Positions 10,483 to 21,848 of a stretch of DNA of 64,000 nucleotides are shown one piece after another (position 1 is the stretch's first letter; the number at the start of each line of letters is the position of its first letter). A program made the translations under genes and the position numbers. Source of the stretch: Chiloscyllium plagiosum (Eukaryota); the NCBI RefSeq assembly GCF_004010195.1, contig NC_057750.1, positions 7,446,530-7,510,529 on the forward strand, read 5' to 3'. Below the pieces are notes generated by a model. That model saw only the letters and a program-made list of their open reading frames with translations, had not been told where the DNA came from and searched no databases.

Positions 10483-11861
10483 GGGGGCGGGGGGGTGGGG
10501 TGGGAGTTTTGGGGGTGGGATGGGGGTGCTGAACCTATTGAGGAACCCTACCAACTACTCACCACAGGAGCAGTGTCACCAGTAATCCATCAGGATTCTT
10601 TAAAGGGTCAGAGGAGAGGAGGGGTTGTAGCAATGAAATACCAGGAGGGTGTGGCCAAGTGTATTTTAATTTTAAAGCCCACTTGTTATAGTTTCTGGTC
10701 CCAGGCAGGTATCAAGTTTACAGAGATTTCTGTCTCTCTCAAAACACACAGACGCACCCTCTCCAGCACCTCTCCCCCACCTCCCAGAGCCCATGACAGT
10801 CTGTTACACATTCCTAAATTCAACTTGCATTGCTCAACTGACTGAATGCAAAGTGAAAAAGTCAGCATGCAACCAGTTGCATTCCTTCTCCAGTGTTCAA
10901 ACTGCAGGCCAGAACCCTACTATCTGCTGGGTTTGCACTGGCCGGATGAGCAAGGGAGGCGAGGCAGGAGGGAGGAGGTTTTGGGGAGGCAGGGGACTGG
11001 CTCCTGTCAGCAGGGAAAAGCAGTATACAGTCTAATCCCTCCGAGTACCTGCACAACTCCCACTAGGCAAGGACTCCCGATTGCACACCCCTATCGCCCG
11101 TCCCACTCCAGCCCGGTCGCTATTGCAATGCAGGAAGAGGGGCGGGTTGGCGGCACAGTGAGATCCCGCAAACAGCAATGCGATGATGGGGATGAGGGTG
11201 AGGTCAGATCGTTTCTTTCACTGGTGATGGTGAGCCAGGCCATGGAACGTGAGCCCCCACGGCTCGCTGACCGCGGGAGAACGCGGACGATGTTGGACGT
11301 CCTATCCAGAAGATGGCAACGCACCCCCTCCCCACCCTCGCTCCGCAACCCCCTCCAACCACACCCCACAACTGCGCAGCAACTCCCTCAGTACTGCACG
11401 TGATGGGGAGCCTGGAACTGCAATGTGCCAGATCATCGATGTTAACCCTGAGTTTCCATTTCTCGTAATTAAACCCCCCCTCCCACCTTCATAAACACCC
11501 TCTTTGTGTCCTCCTCTCCCCCCCACTTCCTGACCTTCCCTCCACATACAGGTATCCTCCTCTTTTCAAAGGTTCACTCTACACCACTTCACTTTTCTGA
11601 ATGAACTACATTAATACCTGTTTTCGCTAACCGAAATAAATCCAAAGAGGATTCTCACTTTTATATAAAAAGGCAAAATTTTTCCCATATTAATGCTTCT
11701 TCGCTTTATGCCATTTCGGCCTACGAAAGGTTTCACAGAAACGCTCTACTTCCAGGTAGCGGGGGGACACCTGTACACAAACTTCATCCGTTTGACAGCT
11801 GGTCTGATTCTGATAAGAGAGCAACATCGGCAGCTCAAACAAGCAGCACTTGCACCCTATA

Positions 11862-12133
11862 GGACGGCACGGTGGCTCAGTGGTTAGCACTGCTGCCTCA
11901 CAGCACCAGGGTCCCAGGTTCAATCCCAGCAGTCTGTGACTGTCTGTGTGGAGTTTGCACATTCTCCCCATGTCTGCGTGGGTTTCCTCCCGCAGGCCAG
12001 GTGAATTGGCCATGCTAAATTGCCCATTGTGTTTGGTGCATCAGTCAGAGGGAAATGGGTCTGGGTGGGTTACTCTTCGGAGGGTCGGTTTGGGCTGAAG
12101 GACCTGTTTCCACACTGTAGGGAATCTAATCTA
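11862..12133 (+). mobile_element. HE1 V-SINE
   Basis: Head, V-domain and (TCTAA)n tail. Confidence 0.85.
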
Positions 12134-12663
12134 ACGGCAAATGTAGAATTATTCTCAGACCTGAGCAAATTGGAGGCCAATCAGCCCCTCAAGCTTGCTT
12201 CGCCATTCAAAGAAAATAGGCAGGAGTAGGCCTTTCGAGGCTGCTCCACTGTGCAACTCAATCCCCTGTTCCTGCTTCTCCCTACCCTGTACCCTTTGAT
12301 TCCTTTAGCCCTAAGGACTATATCTAACTCCTTCTTGAAAAAATTCAATGTTTTGGCCTCTATCATTTTCTATGGCTATTCAAAATGACTATGACTCAGC
12401 TTTAACCTCAACAGCATTTTCCTGCCATTTTGCATTTCCCTTGATTCTCTTAAGTCTCCAACTATTGGCCTCATCTGAAAGGTATTCAATGATTTAGCAT
12501 CCAGAGCTCTCTGGGTTAGCAACATCCAAAATTCACAGCCAGTGGAGAGAGGACTGTAGTGATTGGAACAGGGTCAGCCATGTGGTCCTCATGGAATATG
12601 AGTTCCCTGACTGGGGCTGTTAACCTGGTCCAATCAGGAAGCCCTGGCTGACAGATAAAAACA

Positions 12664-13117
12664 GGTCCAGGCATCAGGTCGTGGAGGGGGTCGTTAGGGC
12701 TGACTGCCTGCCCCTCTTCCGCGGTTATGTTAGAGCCCGGGCGTCGCTGGAGAAGGAGCACGCGGTGTCCACCAACACCCTGGAGTTGTTCAGGGAGAGG
12801 TGGGCGCCGCAGGGAGTGGAGTGCATCATTTCTCCCTCCAACCCTCCCCCTCACTGTTTTTGATCACACAGCACTGCCCTTTGATGTGAAGGGCACTGTT
12901 TGTCACTGGCCACCCGGGTGTTTTCCTATCTTCCTGGTGGTGGAAATTGAATAAAGATTCGTGCACTTTGTGTCTTCCACTGTGTCTCACACCTGCACAC
13001 ACACACCATGGGGGCTGGGGATAAAATAAGCACTACCGCACTTAGGCGGTAGTGTGGGGGTTAAAATAAAAAGGAAAAAAAAAAGAAAAAGAGGGGAAAA
13101 AAAGGGAAAAAAAAAAA
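12664..13117 (+). mobile_element. L1/Tx1-like LINE 3' end, copy 1
   Basis: ORF2 end 'LPLFRGYVRARASLEKEHAVSTNTLELFRERWAPQGVEC', AATAAA, 3' hairpin, A-rich tail. Confidence 0.75.
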
Positions 13118-13127
13118 TAAACAGGAG

Positions 13128-13593
13128 ATGGCCAAACTGGCCATCAACGGGTCCAGGCAGCGGGCCGTGGAGGGGATCGTTAAGGCCGACTGCCTGGCCC
13201 TCTTCCGCGGTTACGTTAGGGCCCGGGTGTCTCTGGAGAAGGAGCACGTGGTGTCCACCAACACCCTGGAGTTGTTCAGGGAGAGGTGGGCACCGCAGGG
13301 AGTGGAGTGTATTATTTCCCCCTCCAACTCTATTTTGATTTAATCCCTACCCTCCCCTTCACTGTTTGATCACACAACACTGCCCTTTGATGTGAAGGGC
13401 ACTGCTTGTCACTGGCCACTCAGGTGTTTCCTTTCTTCCTGGTGGTGGAAACTGAATAAAGATTCGTGCACCTTGTGTCTCTCACTGTGTCTCACACCTG
13501 CACACACACACCATGGGGGCTGGGGGAAAAATAAGCACTACCGCGGTTAGGCGGTAGTGTGGGGGTAATAAAAAGAAAGAGAGCAAAAAAAAA
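13128..13593 (+). mobile_element. L1/Tx1-like LINE 3' end, copy 2
   Basis: 'AKLAINGSRQRAVEG...LALFRGYVRARVSLEKEH', same 3' UTR and A-rich tail, different 5' truncation point. Confidence 0.75.
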
Positions 13594-14094
13594 GCAAGCA
13601 ATGTCCTACATCCTGTTCACTCTGAGAGAAGAAAATAAACAGGAGTGTCTGGGGTTCTGCTCACTCTGAGAGCTGGCTCTGAGGGAGCTGGATCAGCATT
13701 AAGGACTCTCCACGTGCAAATAAAGGGGGATGGGATATCGGCCTCTGTGAAGTTATTTCACAGACATTTCTCACTTCAGTGTCAAATGACCAACCCCTTC
13801 TCTGTGACCCCCTATTTCTGAATTCTCAAGCCGGGAAACAATTCGCATGTTCGCTGGTGAAAGGGTCGGCTGACAAAAGGTGTGAGTTTTATTTTCAGTC
13901 GGGGGATGTGGACATCGCCGGTTGGGCCAGCATTTATTGCCCACCCCTAATCGCTCAGGGGGCAGTTCAGAGTGTGGAGTCACGTGTAGGCCAGACCAGG
14001 TAAGGGTGACAGATTTCATTCCCTAAAGGACATTAATGAACCAGGAAAGCCAATCGCTTGCAGAGGCTACATCCTCTGTTAAGACCTATGTTTT

Positions 14095-14300
14095 GATGTA
14101 GAGGAGCTGGTCTTGGACTTGAGTGGACAAAGTTAAAAATCACACAACCTCAGGTTATAGTCCAACAGGTTTATTTGGAAGCACTAGCTTTTGGAGCACT
14201 GCTCTTTCATCAGGTGGTTGTGGAGCAGGATCATAAGACACAGAACTTATAGCAAAAGATTACAGTGTTATGGAACTGAAATGATATATTGAACAAACCT
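14095..14300 (-). mobile_element. Penelope-like family 2 terminus with decayed hammerhead motif
   Basis: Minus strand CACCTGATGAAAGAGCAGTGCTCCAAAAGCTAGTG; same terminus at ~40280-40475, 43838-44035, 48844-49645. Confidence 0.6.
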
Positions 14301-14624
14301 ATGTTAACAGCAATCTTCACAAATGCAAATAATATATGACACACTATTCTCTTTTTTTATGACTATGCAGAAGTGAAGGTGAGACTTACAGGATTTGAAC
14401 ACAGGACCTTACCTGGGTCTCCGCATCAACAGTCCAGCGATAATACCACTAGGCCATAGCCTCCTAATAGTACCACTTCCTCAAGGTTACTGTTAAAGAA
14501 AAGACCGGGTATTTGGGATCCGTTATCAACTCAGCTCAATAAACTAACCTCAAGGGTCCCGAACAGCAACCTTAAAGAGACAGACCAGGTTAAAAGCCAA
14601 CTGCACCTCTACACATCACAGGCT

Positions 14625-15120
14625 GTACAGGACATCAGTGAAGCCTCATCTGGAGTACTGTCTCCAGTTCTGGCCAACCCTGTTACAGGAAGGAATATCA
14701 TTAAACTGAAGAGGGTTCAGAAAAGATTTACCAGGATGTTGCTGGGAATGGAAGGTTTGAGACATAAAAATAGACTGGGACTTTTTTCCCTGCAGCGTGG
14801 GAGGTGGAGGGGTGACCTTATTGAAATTTATAAAATCATGGGGAGGACAAATAAGGTGAATGAGAAGGGTCTTTTTCTTAGGGGGAGGGATTTGAAGATT
14901 AGGGGCATGTTTATCAGGTGAGAGGAGAAGATTCAAGGAGGACATGAGGGGCGATTTATTTGATACAGAGAGTGGCTCGTGTGTGGAATGAACTGCCAGA
15001 GAGGGTGGTGGTTGTAGCTACAACGTTCAAAAGACACTTGAACTCGAAAGGTTTGGAGGGGTATGGGCCGAGCGCGTGCGGGTTGGACTAGTTTATTTTG
15101 GGAACACGGACACTATGGTT
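14625..15120 (+). mobile_element. HER1/CR1 LINE 3' fragment
   Basis: LEYC..FW...QKRFTRML...RLGLFSL..RR.RGDLIE motifs. Confidence 0.8.
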
Positions 15121-15124
15121 AGGA

Positions 15125-15405
15125 GCAACACCGTGGCTCAGTGGTCAGCAATGCTGCCCTATGGTGCTAAGGATCCAGGTACAATTCCAGCCTCGGGTGA
15201 CAGCTTCCAGGAATATTATATGTTCTCCCTGTGTCTGTGTGGGCTTCCTCCTACAGTCCAAAGATATGCAGGTTAGGGTGGATTGGCCATGCTAAATTAC
15301 TCATAATGTGCTGGCTAAATGGGAAATAGAGGGGTGGGTCTGGGTGGGGGATGCTTTTCAAGGAGTCACTGTGGCCTTGATAGCCCGTTACTGCAGGGAT
15401 TCTAT
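15125..15405 (+). mobile_element. HE1 V-SINE (diverged)
   Basis: Head and V-domain. Confidence 0.7.
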
Positions 15406-15616
15406 GGTTAGTTGGACCAAAGGGTCTGTTTCAGTGTTTTATGATATCCCATTCTCTGGAAGTGAGTTTCCCCTAGCTCCCACCATTGCTTAGCAATGTC
15501 TCCAAGGAAGAAGCTCCACTTCACCTTCCCAGGCAGGAATAAGAAACCACAAGCCCTCCAGGAGGACCTGGGTGCCGACACTGATCCAGAATGATCTCCC
15601 TCTGTACTGGAATAGT

Positions 15617-16222
15617 TTAGGGTGTAGGTTTGCTCGCTGAGCTGTAGGTTTGGTATCCGGACGTTTCATTACCTGGCTAGGTAACATCATCAGTGGTAAC
15701 CTCCAAGTGAAGCGAAGCTGTTGTCTCCTGCTTTCTATTTATATCTTTCTCCTGGATGGGGTTCCTTGGGGTTTGTGGTGATGTCACTTCCTGTTCGTTT
15801 TCTGAGGGGTTGATAGATGGCATCGAGATCTATGTGTTTGTTTATGGCGTTGTGTGGTTGGAGTGCCAGGCCTCTAGGAATTCTCTGGCATGTCTTTGCT
15901 TAATCTGTCCCAGGATCGATGTGTTGTCCCAGTCGAATTGGTGGTTTTTTTCATCTGTGTGTAGGGCTACGAGAGAGAGAGGGTCGTGTCTTTTTGTGGC
16001 TAGCTGGTGTTCGTGTATCCTGGTGGCTAACTTTCTTCCTGTTTGTCCTACGTAGTGTTTGTGGCAGTCCTTGCATGGAATTTTGTAGATGACATTGGTT
16101 TTGTCCATGAGTCTTACTGGTTCTTTTAAGTTTGTTAGTTTTTGTTTGAGAGTATTGGTGGGTTTGTGTGCTACTAGGATTCCGAGGGGTCTTAGTAGTC
16201 TGGAATAATTCTGTGATCGTCT
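15617..16222 (-). mobile_element. Penelope-like (Poseidon-type, family 3) 3' fragment: GIY-YIG endonuclease plus hammerhead
   Basis: 'NVIYKIPCKDCHKHYVGQTGRKLATRIHEH...REFLEAWHS' GIY-YIG domain (15842-16108); CTGATGATGTTACCTAGCCAGGTAATGAAACGTC at ~15659-15693. Confidence 0.9.
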
Positions 16223-16379
16223 CCTCAGGATTGTGATGTGGGAGCCACAGCAGCTAATGACTCACACAGCAAACACCTGTAAACAGGCACATGACAATGA
16301 CAAGACCTACTTGCATTTATGTAGCTGCCTGAGCTTAATGAAATATCCCAATGTACCTCCCATGAGCGAAAGGTCAAAT

Positions 16380-17175
16380 GACAGCACAGACACAGACCCT
16401 TCGGTCCACCCAGTCCATGCTGACCATAATCCCAAACTAAACTAGTCCCAGCTGCCTGCTCCTGGCCCATATCCCTCCAAACCTTCATGTGTCCATCTAC
16501 ATGTCCTTTAAATGTAACTGTACCCACATCCATCACTTCCTTGGGAAGTTCATTCTACACATGAATCACTCTCTATGGAAAAAATTTCCCCCCCCCCATG
16601 TCTTTTTAAAATCTCTCTCACCTTAAAAACGTGCCCCTTAGTCTTGAAATCCCTCATCCCAGGGAAAATATATCTACCATTAACTCTATCTATACCCCTC
16701 ATGATTTTATAACATTTTATATGGTCACCTCTCAACCTCCTACGTTCCAGGGAAAAATGTCCCAGCCTATCCAACCTTTGTTTTATAAAATCCTTGCACA
16801 TCTGGCAACATCCCGGTAAATCTTTTCTGAATTCTCTCCAGTTTAACAATCTCCTTCCTATAACAGGGCGACCAGAACTGGACACAGAAGGGGCCTCAGC
16901 AACATCCTGTACAACCTCAACGTAACGTCCCAACTCGCATACTCAAAGGTCTGAGCAATGAGGGCAAGCGTGCTAAACGCCTTCTTAACCACCCTGCCCA
17001 CATGTGATGCAAACTTCAAAGAACTATGTGCCTGCACCCCAGGTCCCTCTGTTTTACGGCACTATCCAAGGCTCTACCGTTGATTGTATAAGCCGTACCC
17101 TAAGTTTGTTGCACCAAAATGCAACACCTCATATTTATCCAGACTGAACTCCCTCTGCCATTTTTCAGCCCCTAG
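16380..17175 (-). mobile_element. HER1/CR1 LINE fragment
   Basis: CR1 RT C-terminal motifs and 3' tail. Confidence 0.8.
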
Positions 17176-17179
17176 ACCC

Positions 17180-17375
17180 CTGTGATCACCATCCCTAAAG
17201 AAACCAAGTCCTATAAAAAGAGAGGTGGGACATACCACCAGCGCTTCACCGGATACTCTCACTGATGATGTTACCTCATCATGGTGACGAAACATCTGAA
17301 AACAAACCTTCCAGCTCAGTGAGCTAGCTTACAGACTTATCATCAACCTGAGCTACAAATGTTCTCAAAAATCGC
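17180..17375 (+). mobile_element. Penelope family 3 terminus with hammerhead motif
   Basis: CTCA-CTGATGA-TGTTACC(TCATCAT)GGTGAC-GAAAC-ATC-TGAA at 17258-17300. Confidence 0.75.
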
Positions 17376-18135
17376 CATCCCTTTGTAATCTTAGATTTGA
17401 AGCACCAGAACACATAAGACCATGGGGGCAAAAGCTGGAAAATGGGATTAGAATAGTTGGACATCTGGCATAGAGGCAATGGGCTGAAGGGTCTTCTATT
17501 TTTTTCTGTGCTGCAAAAACTCCATAACTTCAGGGGTAGCCTCTAGATCAGAGCAGACAATGCTATCCCACGGACCCACAGAGCAAGCTAATATTCTGTT
17601 TCCAATGAAGTGTTCTACAAAAACATAGGTGTGAGCCCTTTAAGGTTTCTGGTCTAGTTGAACTGGCGAGCAGTTCAGATAAAGGTTAAATTGTATACAG
17701 TGGTGACTTAGGCAAGGTCAGTTAGAGAGTTTGCAGACAGAGTGTCTCCACACTGCTTTGTCCCTGGGGAGGATTCTTATACATTGTTTCTTTGCAGTCA
17801 TACACTACACGGGTTTTTTTTTTAAAAACCCCTTTTCTCTTTCAATTTTCCAACAATTTAATTGATCACAGCAAGACTTTGGTGAGTTACAGAGATCACT
17901 TGATCTTTCAACCTGAAAAGAAGCATCTTAAAACAATTTCTGTTCAGGCGCGGCAGAGTTGGAATTTGACAGAGAAATGTTGCAAAGTAAAAGCAGCAAG
18001 GTCTGGAGAACTTCTAATAAGTTTGATTGGACTTGAAGCATTAACTCTGCCTCTCTCTGGACAGATGCTGCCAGATTTGCTGAGTTTGATTTGATTTAGA
18101 TCTGATTTATTAACTGTCATGTGTGCAGAGAAAAG

Positions 18136-18390
18136 TGATGCACAGAATAGGGTCAAAATCATTTTTTTCTCCAAAAGTTGAAATGTCTAAAGCTAAGGGG
18201 TACGCATTTATTGGCGAGAGGGGGCAAGTTCAAAGGAAATATGAGAGGCAAGTTTTTTTTTAACTTGATGCACAGAATAGGGTCAAAATCATTTTTTTCT
18301 CCAAAAGTTGAAATGTCTAAAACTAGGGGGTACGCATTTATTGGCGAGAGGGGGCAAGTTCAAAGGAAATATGAGAGGCAAGTTTTTAAC
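18136..18390. repeat. Tandem duplication ~131 bp x2 within a CR1 fragment
   Basis: Unit TGATGCACAGAATAGGGTCAAAATC...GAGAGGCAAGTTTTT at 18136 and 18267. Confidence 0.9.
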
Positions 18391-18741
18391 TGAGAGAGTG
18401 GTAGGAGTCTGGAACGCGGTGGTTGGGGGTGTTTAGGAGGGTTTCAGATAAACACATGAATATGTAAGAGATGGAGGGATATGGACCAAGGCGGAAGGGA
18501 TTAGTTTAATTTGGCATCATGTTCAGCCTGTTTCTGTGCTGTATTGTTATGTTAATTTCTCTAGCATTTTGTATTTTATTTATAAATATGAGTAATGGGG
18601 AATGGGTCTGGGTGGGTTAGTCTTCAGAGGTTCAGTGTGAACTTGTTGGGCCGAAGGGCCTGTTTCCAAACTGCGGGGATTTTATCATCTCAAACATTGG
18701 GAGTATTTTGTGTCTGCTTCAGTATTGTGACAGGGCAACAG

Positions 18742-18992
18742 GAGACAGTGAGGTCTGCAGATGCTGGAGATCAGAGTCCAGATTGGTGTGGTGCTGGAAA
18801 AGCACAGCAGGTCAGGCAGCATCCGAGGAGCAGGAGAGTCGACCTTTCAGGAATGAGGGGATAGCATTTTTGCAGGAGGTAGGGTGGGAGGAGGAGCTGA
18901 TTCCTGATGAAGGGCTCTGGCCTGAAATGTCGATTCTCCTGCTCCTCGGATGCTGCCTGACCTGCTGTGCTTTTCCAGCACCACACTCTCAA
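18742..18992. mobile_element. Penelope family 1 termini as an inverted pair
   Basis: GCTGGAAAAGCACAGCAGGTCAGGCAGCATCCGAGG and its reverse complement; CTGATGAAGGGC..GAAA at ~18904-18930. Confidence 0.75.
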
Positions 18993-19747
18993 CAGTGCAA
19001 ATGGAGTCCATTTAGGTCATCGTGTCTGCACCAGCTCTCTGTTTGATTCAGTGCCAATTTTCCATCTTTTTCCCCATAAGCCTGCACTTTGTTTCTGTTT
19101 ACACAACCCTCCTGTGTCCCCTTTAATTAATGCCTGAACTGAACCAGCCTCCAACACATTTTCAGGCAGTGCATTCCACACCCTAACCACCCACTGAGTG
19201 GAAAAGTTTGTACCTCAACTTCCATATGCTGCTTTTGCAAAACACTTTAAAACTGCACCTTCCATTTACACAAGAAGGTAAGGACTAGGAGCAAGAGTAG
19301 GCCATTTGGCCCATCGAGCCTGTTCCCCCATTCAATAAGACCATGGCTGATCTTTATCATGGACTCAGCTCCACTTACCCGCCCCCTCACCATCACCCTT
19401 AATCCCTTTACTGTTCAAATATCTATCTTTGCCTTAAAAACATTCAATCAGGAAGCCTCAACTGCTTCACTGGGCAGGGAATTTCACAGATTCACAACCC
19501 TCTGGGGGAAGAAGTTCCTCCTCAGTTCAGTCTGAAATCTGCTCCCCCCTTATTTTGAGGCTATGCCTCCTGGTTCTTGGTCTATCTACAAGTTTCTCTC
19601 CATCTATTCCATCCAGACCTCTCTGAAGTTTGAAAACCTCGACAAAATCACTCCTCAGCCTTCTCATCTCCAAGGAAAACAGTCACAACTTCTTCAATCT
19701 TTCCTCCTGTTGGACTTTGGCTCAATCTACCAACTTACTTTCTTCTA

Positions 19748-20260
19748 TGTGTGAGCCAAGTCCTGCGTGTTCTTTAAATGAAGCAATGGGAGAAGATATT
19801 CAATCTCACACTCTTAGTTTATTTTAGCAGTACGTGGATAAAGTATACAGAGGTCTGGGTCTAGACCTTTCTGTCCCTGACAAACTATATAGTGTGTCAG
19901 TTCAGAAAGTACCACACCTTTCTGTCCCTGACCCAGTCTTTTTATATAATAAAAAACGTCATGCAATCACTGAGGTGGGATTATCTTCTGATTGGCTGTT
20001 GATCTGACTCCATTCTCTGCCTCCTTGCGTTCCCGGATGTCCGACCCCACGTTAACTTGTTTTGCCCGCGAAACAGAGTACCACGTGACTTCCTCGCGCG
20101 CGAAACAGAGCATCACGTGACTTCCTCGCACGCGAAACAGAGCATCACGTGACCTCCTTCAGCGCGCGCGCATAACGGAGCATCCCCAAAGGCTTCCGAA
20201 TGCCGAGTATATTTACACTCGCAGCCAGCCATATATTTATAAATAAACCATATATTTACA
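19748..20260 (-). mobile_element. 3' LTR of endogenous retrovirus
   Basis: Minus strand: PPT AAAAGGGGGA (20263-20272), then TG start, three 32-bp U3 repeats, CCAAT (19991-19995), TATATAAAA (~19940-19948), AATAAA (19818-19823); left boundary approximate. Confidence 0.8.
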
Positions 20261-21725
20261 AGTCCCCCTTTTGGTCTCATGAAAATGAGACCAACAAACC
20301 AGTTTTATACATCACATTCGCTCTCCGATGCATAGTTTTCCCTTCTTGCCAGAGCCATGGTTTCCGTCTCCATCTGGTAGGGTGGGGGAGCCTTCCCTTC
20401 AATTGCTGTGATGATTACCCCGTGCAGTCTGACCGCATGGGGTGTCCCCTCCACCACCCTGTAAGGCCCTGTCCACCTTGGCTCCGACCACTTCCGTATG
20501 ATCACCTTCAGCAGGACCCAGTCCGTGGTAGGTGGCACCTGGCTCTGTCGGTCCCCCTTTTCCAATCCAACCTGTTTGGAGAAAGCTGACACCAAAGCTG
20601 TTAGTTGGTCATAGTAAGGTTTGTACCTTAGAGAGGCTCCTCCTCCCTCTAACATCTGTATTCCAGCTCCTGGTCCCGGGAACTGCTGCCCTGTTGTTAG
20701 CTCGTACAGGGTAAACCCTTTGATGGAATTTACTGAACTTCTAATAGACAGTAAAGCAAAGGGTAGGGCCTCCACCCAACTTAACTTTGTTTGGGCACAC
20801 ACTTTTCCTATTTTTCCTTTTATGGACTGATTCATTCTTTCCACTTTTCCCTGTGACTGAGGATGGTACACTGTTCCAAACGCATGTTTCAGTCCTAAAG
20901 CTGCTTCAACTTCTTGCAGGTCTTTGTTCTTGAAATGTGTGCCATTATCTGACCTGACTCTCTTTGGAAACCCATGCATTGGAATGTATTGGTTTATCAA
21001 AAATGTGATCACTATTTTTGCGTCTTCCTTTTTCGCAGATATCGCTTCCACTGCTACCAAAAGGTACTCTCCGTTTACTCTATCATATCAGTGTAGTCAA
21101 TCACTATTTCCTGACCTGGCGTTCTTGGGAGAGGGAATTTTCCCTCGTGTGGTTTCACTGTTGGTCTCACATTGTATTCTGTACACGTTCTACATTCTCT
21201 GATGTAATTTTCAATCATCGCTGGCAAGAACGGATGCCACCAACGTGTCAGATACCTCTGCATCTGTGTTTTTCCACAATGTGTCAACCCATGACCTTCC
21301 TGGAGCATGGAAGCTATCAAACCTGGGGGTAGGACTGGTCTACCGTCTGGTGACCACCAAATCCCTTCTGACTCTGTGGCCCCTCTCTCTCCATACTGTC
21401 AGTTCATGAGGAGAGGCTTTCTGCTGCTCTTTGATTAACACATTTGCATCACAGGCGGGCAGCAGGTCATACACTGTTCTCTCTGTTTGCATCGTTATAT
21501 ACTGGGCTGTATACCCTGCTGCTTTCTTTGCTGCTGAGTCGGCTTCCTGATTGCCCCTCGCTACTACTGTATCTGCTTTATCATGTCCTCTACACTTGAC
21601 CACCGCCACTTCTGCAGGTTTCATTAGGGCCTCTGCTAATCTTTTCATCTTTTTCATGTTTAATTGGGGTTTTGCTGCTGTTAAGAATCCTGCTCTAATC
21701 CATTGACTGAGTTCTACCTGTATAG

Positions 21726-21848
21726 GAGAAAGTGAGGTCTGCAGATGCTGGAGATCAGAGATGGAATTGTGTTGCTGGAAAAGCGCAGCAGGTCAGGCAG
21801 CATCTAGGGAACAGGAGAATCGACGTTTCGGGCATTAGCCCTTCTTCA
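21726..21848 (-). mobile_element. Penelope family 1 terminus inserted in the ERV, hammerhead core intact
   Basis: Minus strand CTGAAGAAGGGCTAATGCCCGAAACGTCGA at ~21820-21849. Confidence 0.8.

Larger units (their letters stand above)
12555..13760 (+). mobile_element. Solo LTR (probably Gypsy-type) split by two Tx1-like insertions
   Basis: TGTAGTGA...TTATTTCA ends, CCAAT, GATAAAA TATA-like box, AATAAA ~13719; uninterrupted related copy on the minus strand ~47703-47840. Confidence 0.65.

Noticed and set aside
10483-10554. N-terminal extension of nanos2 in the ORF track
   Set aside because: Starts at TTG; the first ATG (10482) gives a normal NANOS2 length with the NIM near the N-terminus
17700-17920. 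Minus-strand acceptor CTTTTCAG at ~17912 as a meiosin or nanos2 upstream exon
   Set aside because: Downstream frames are short with no bHLH/HMG similarity and no clear donor
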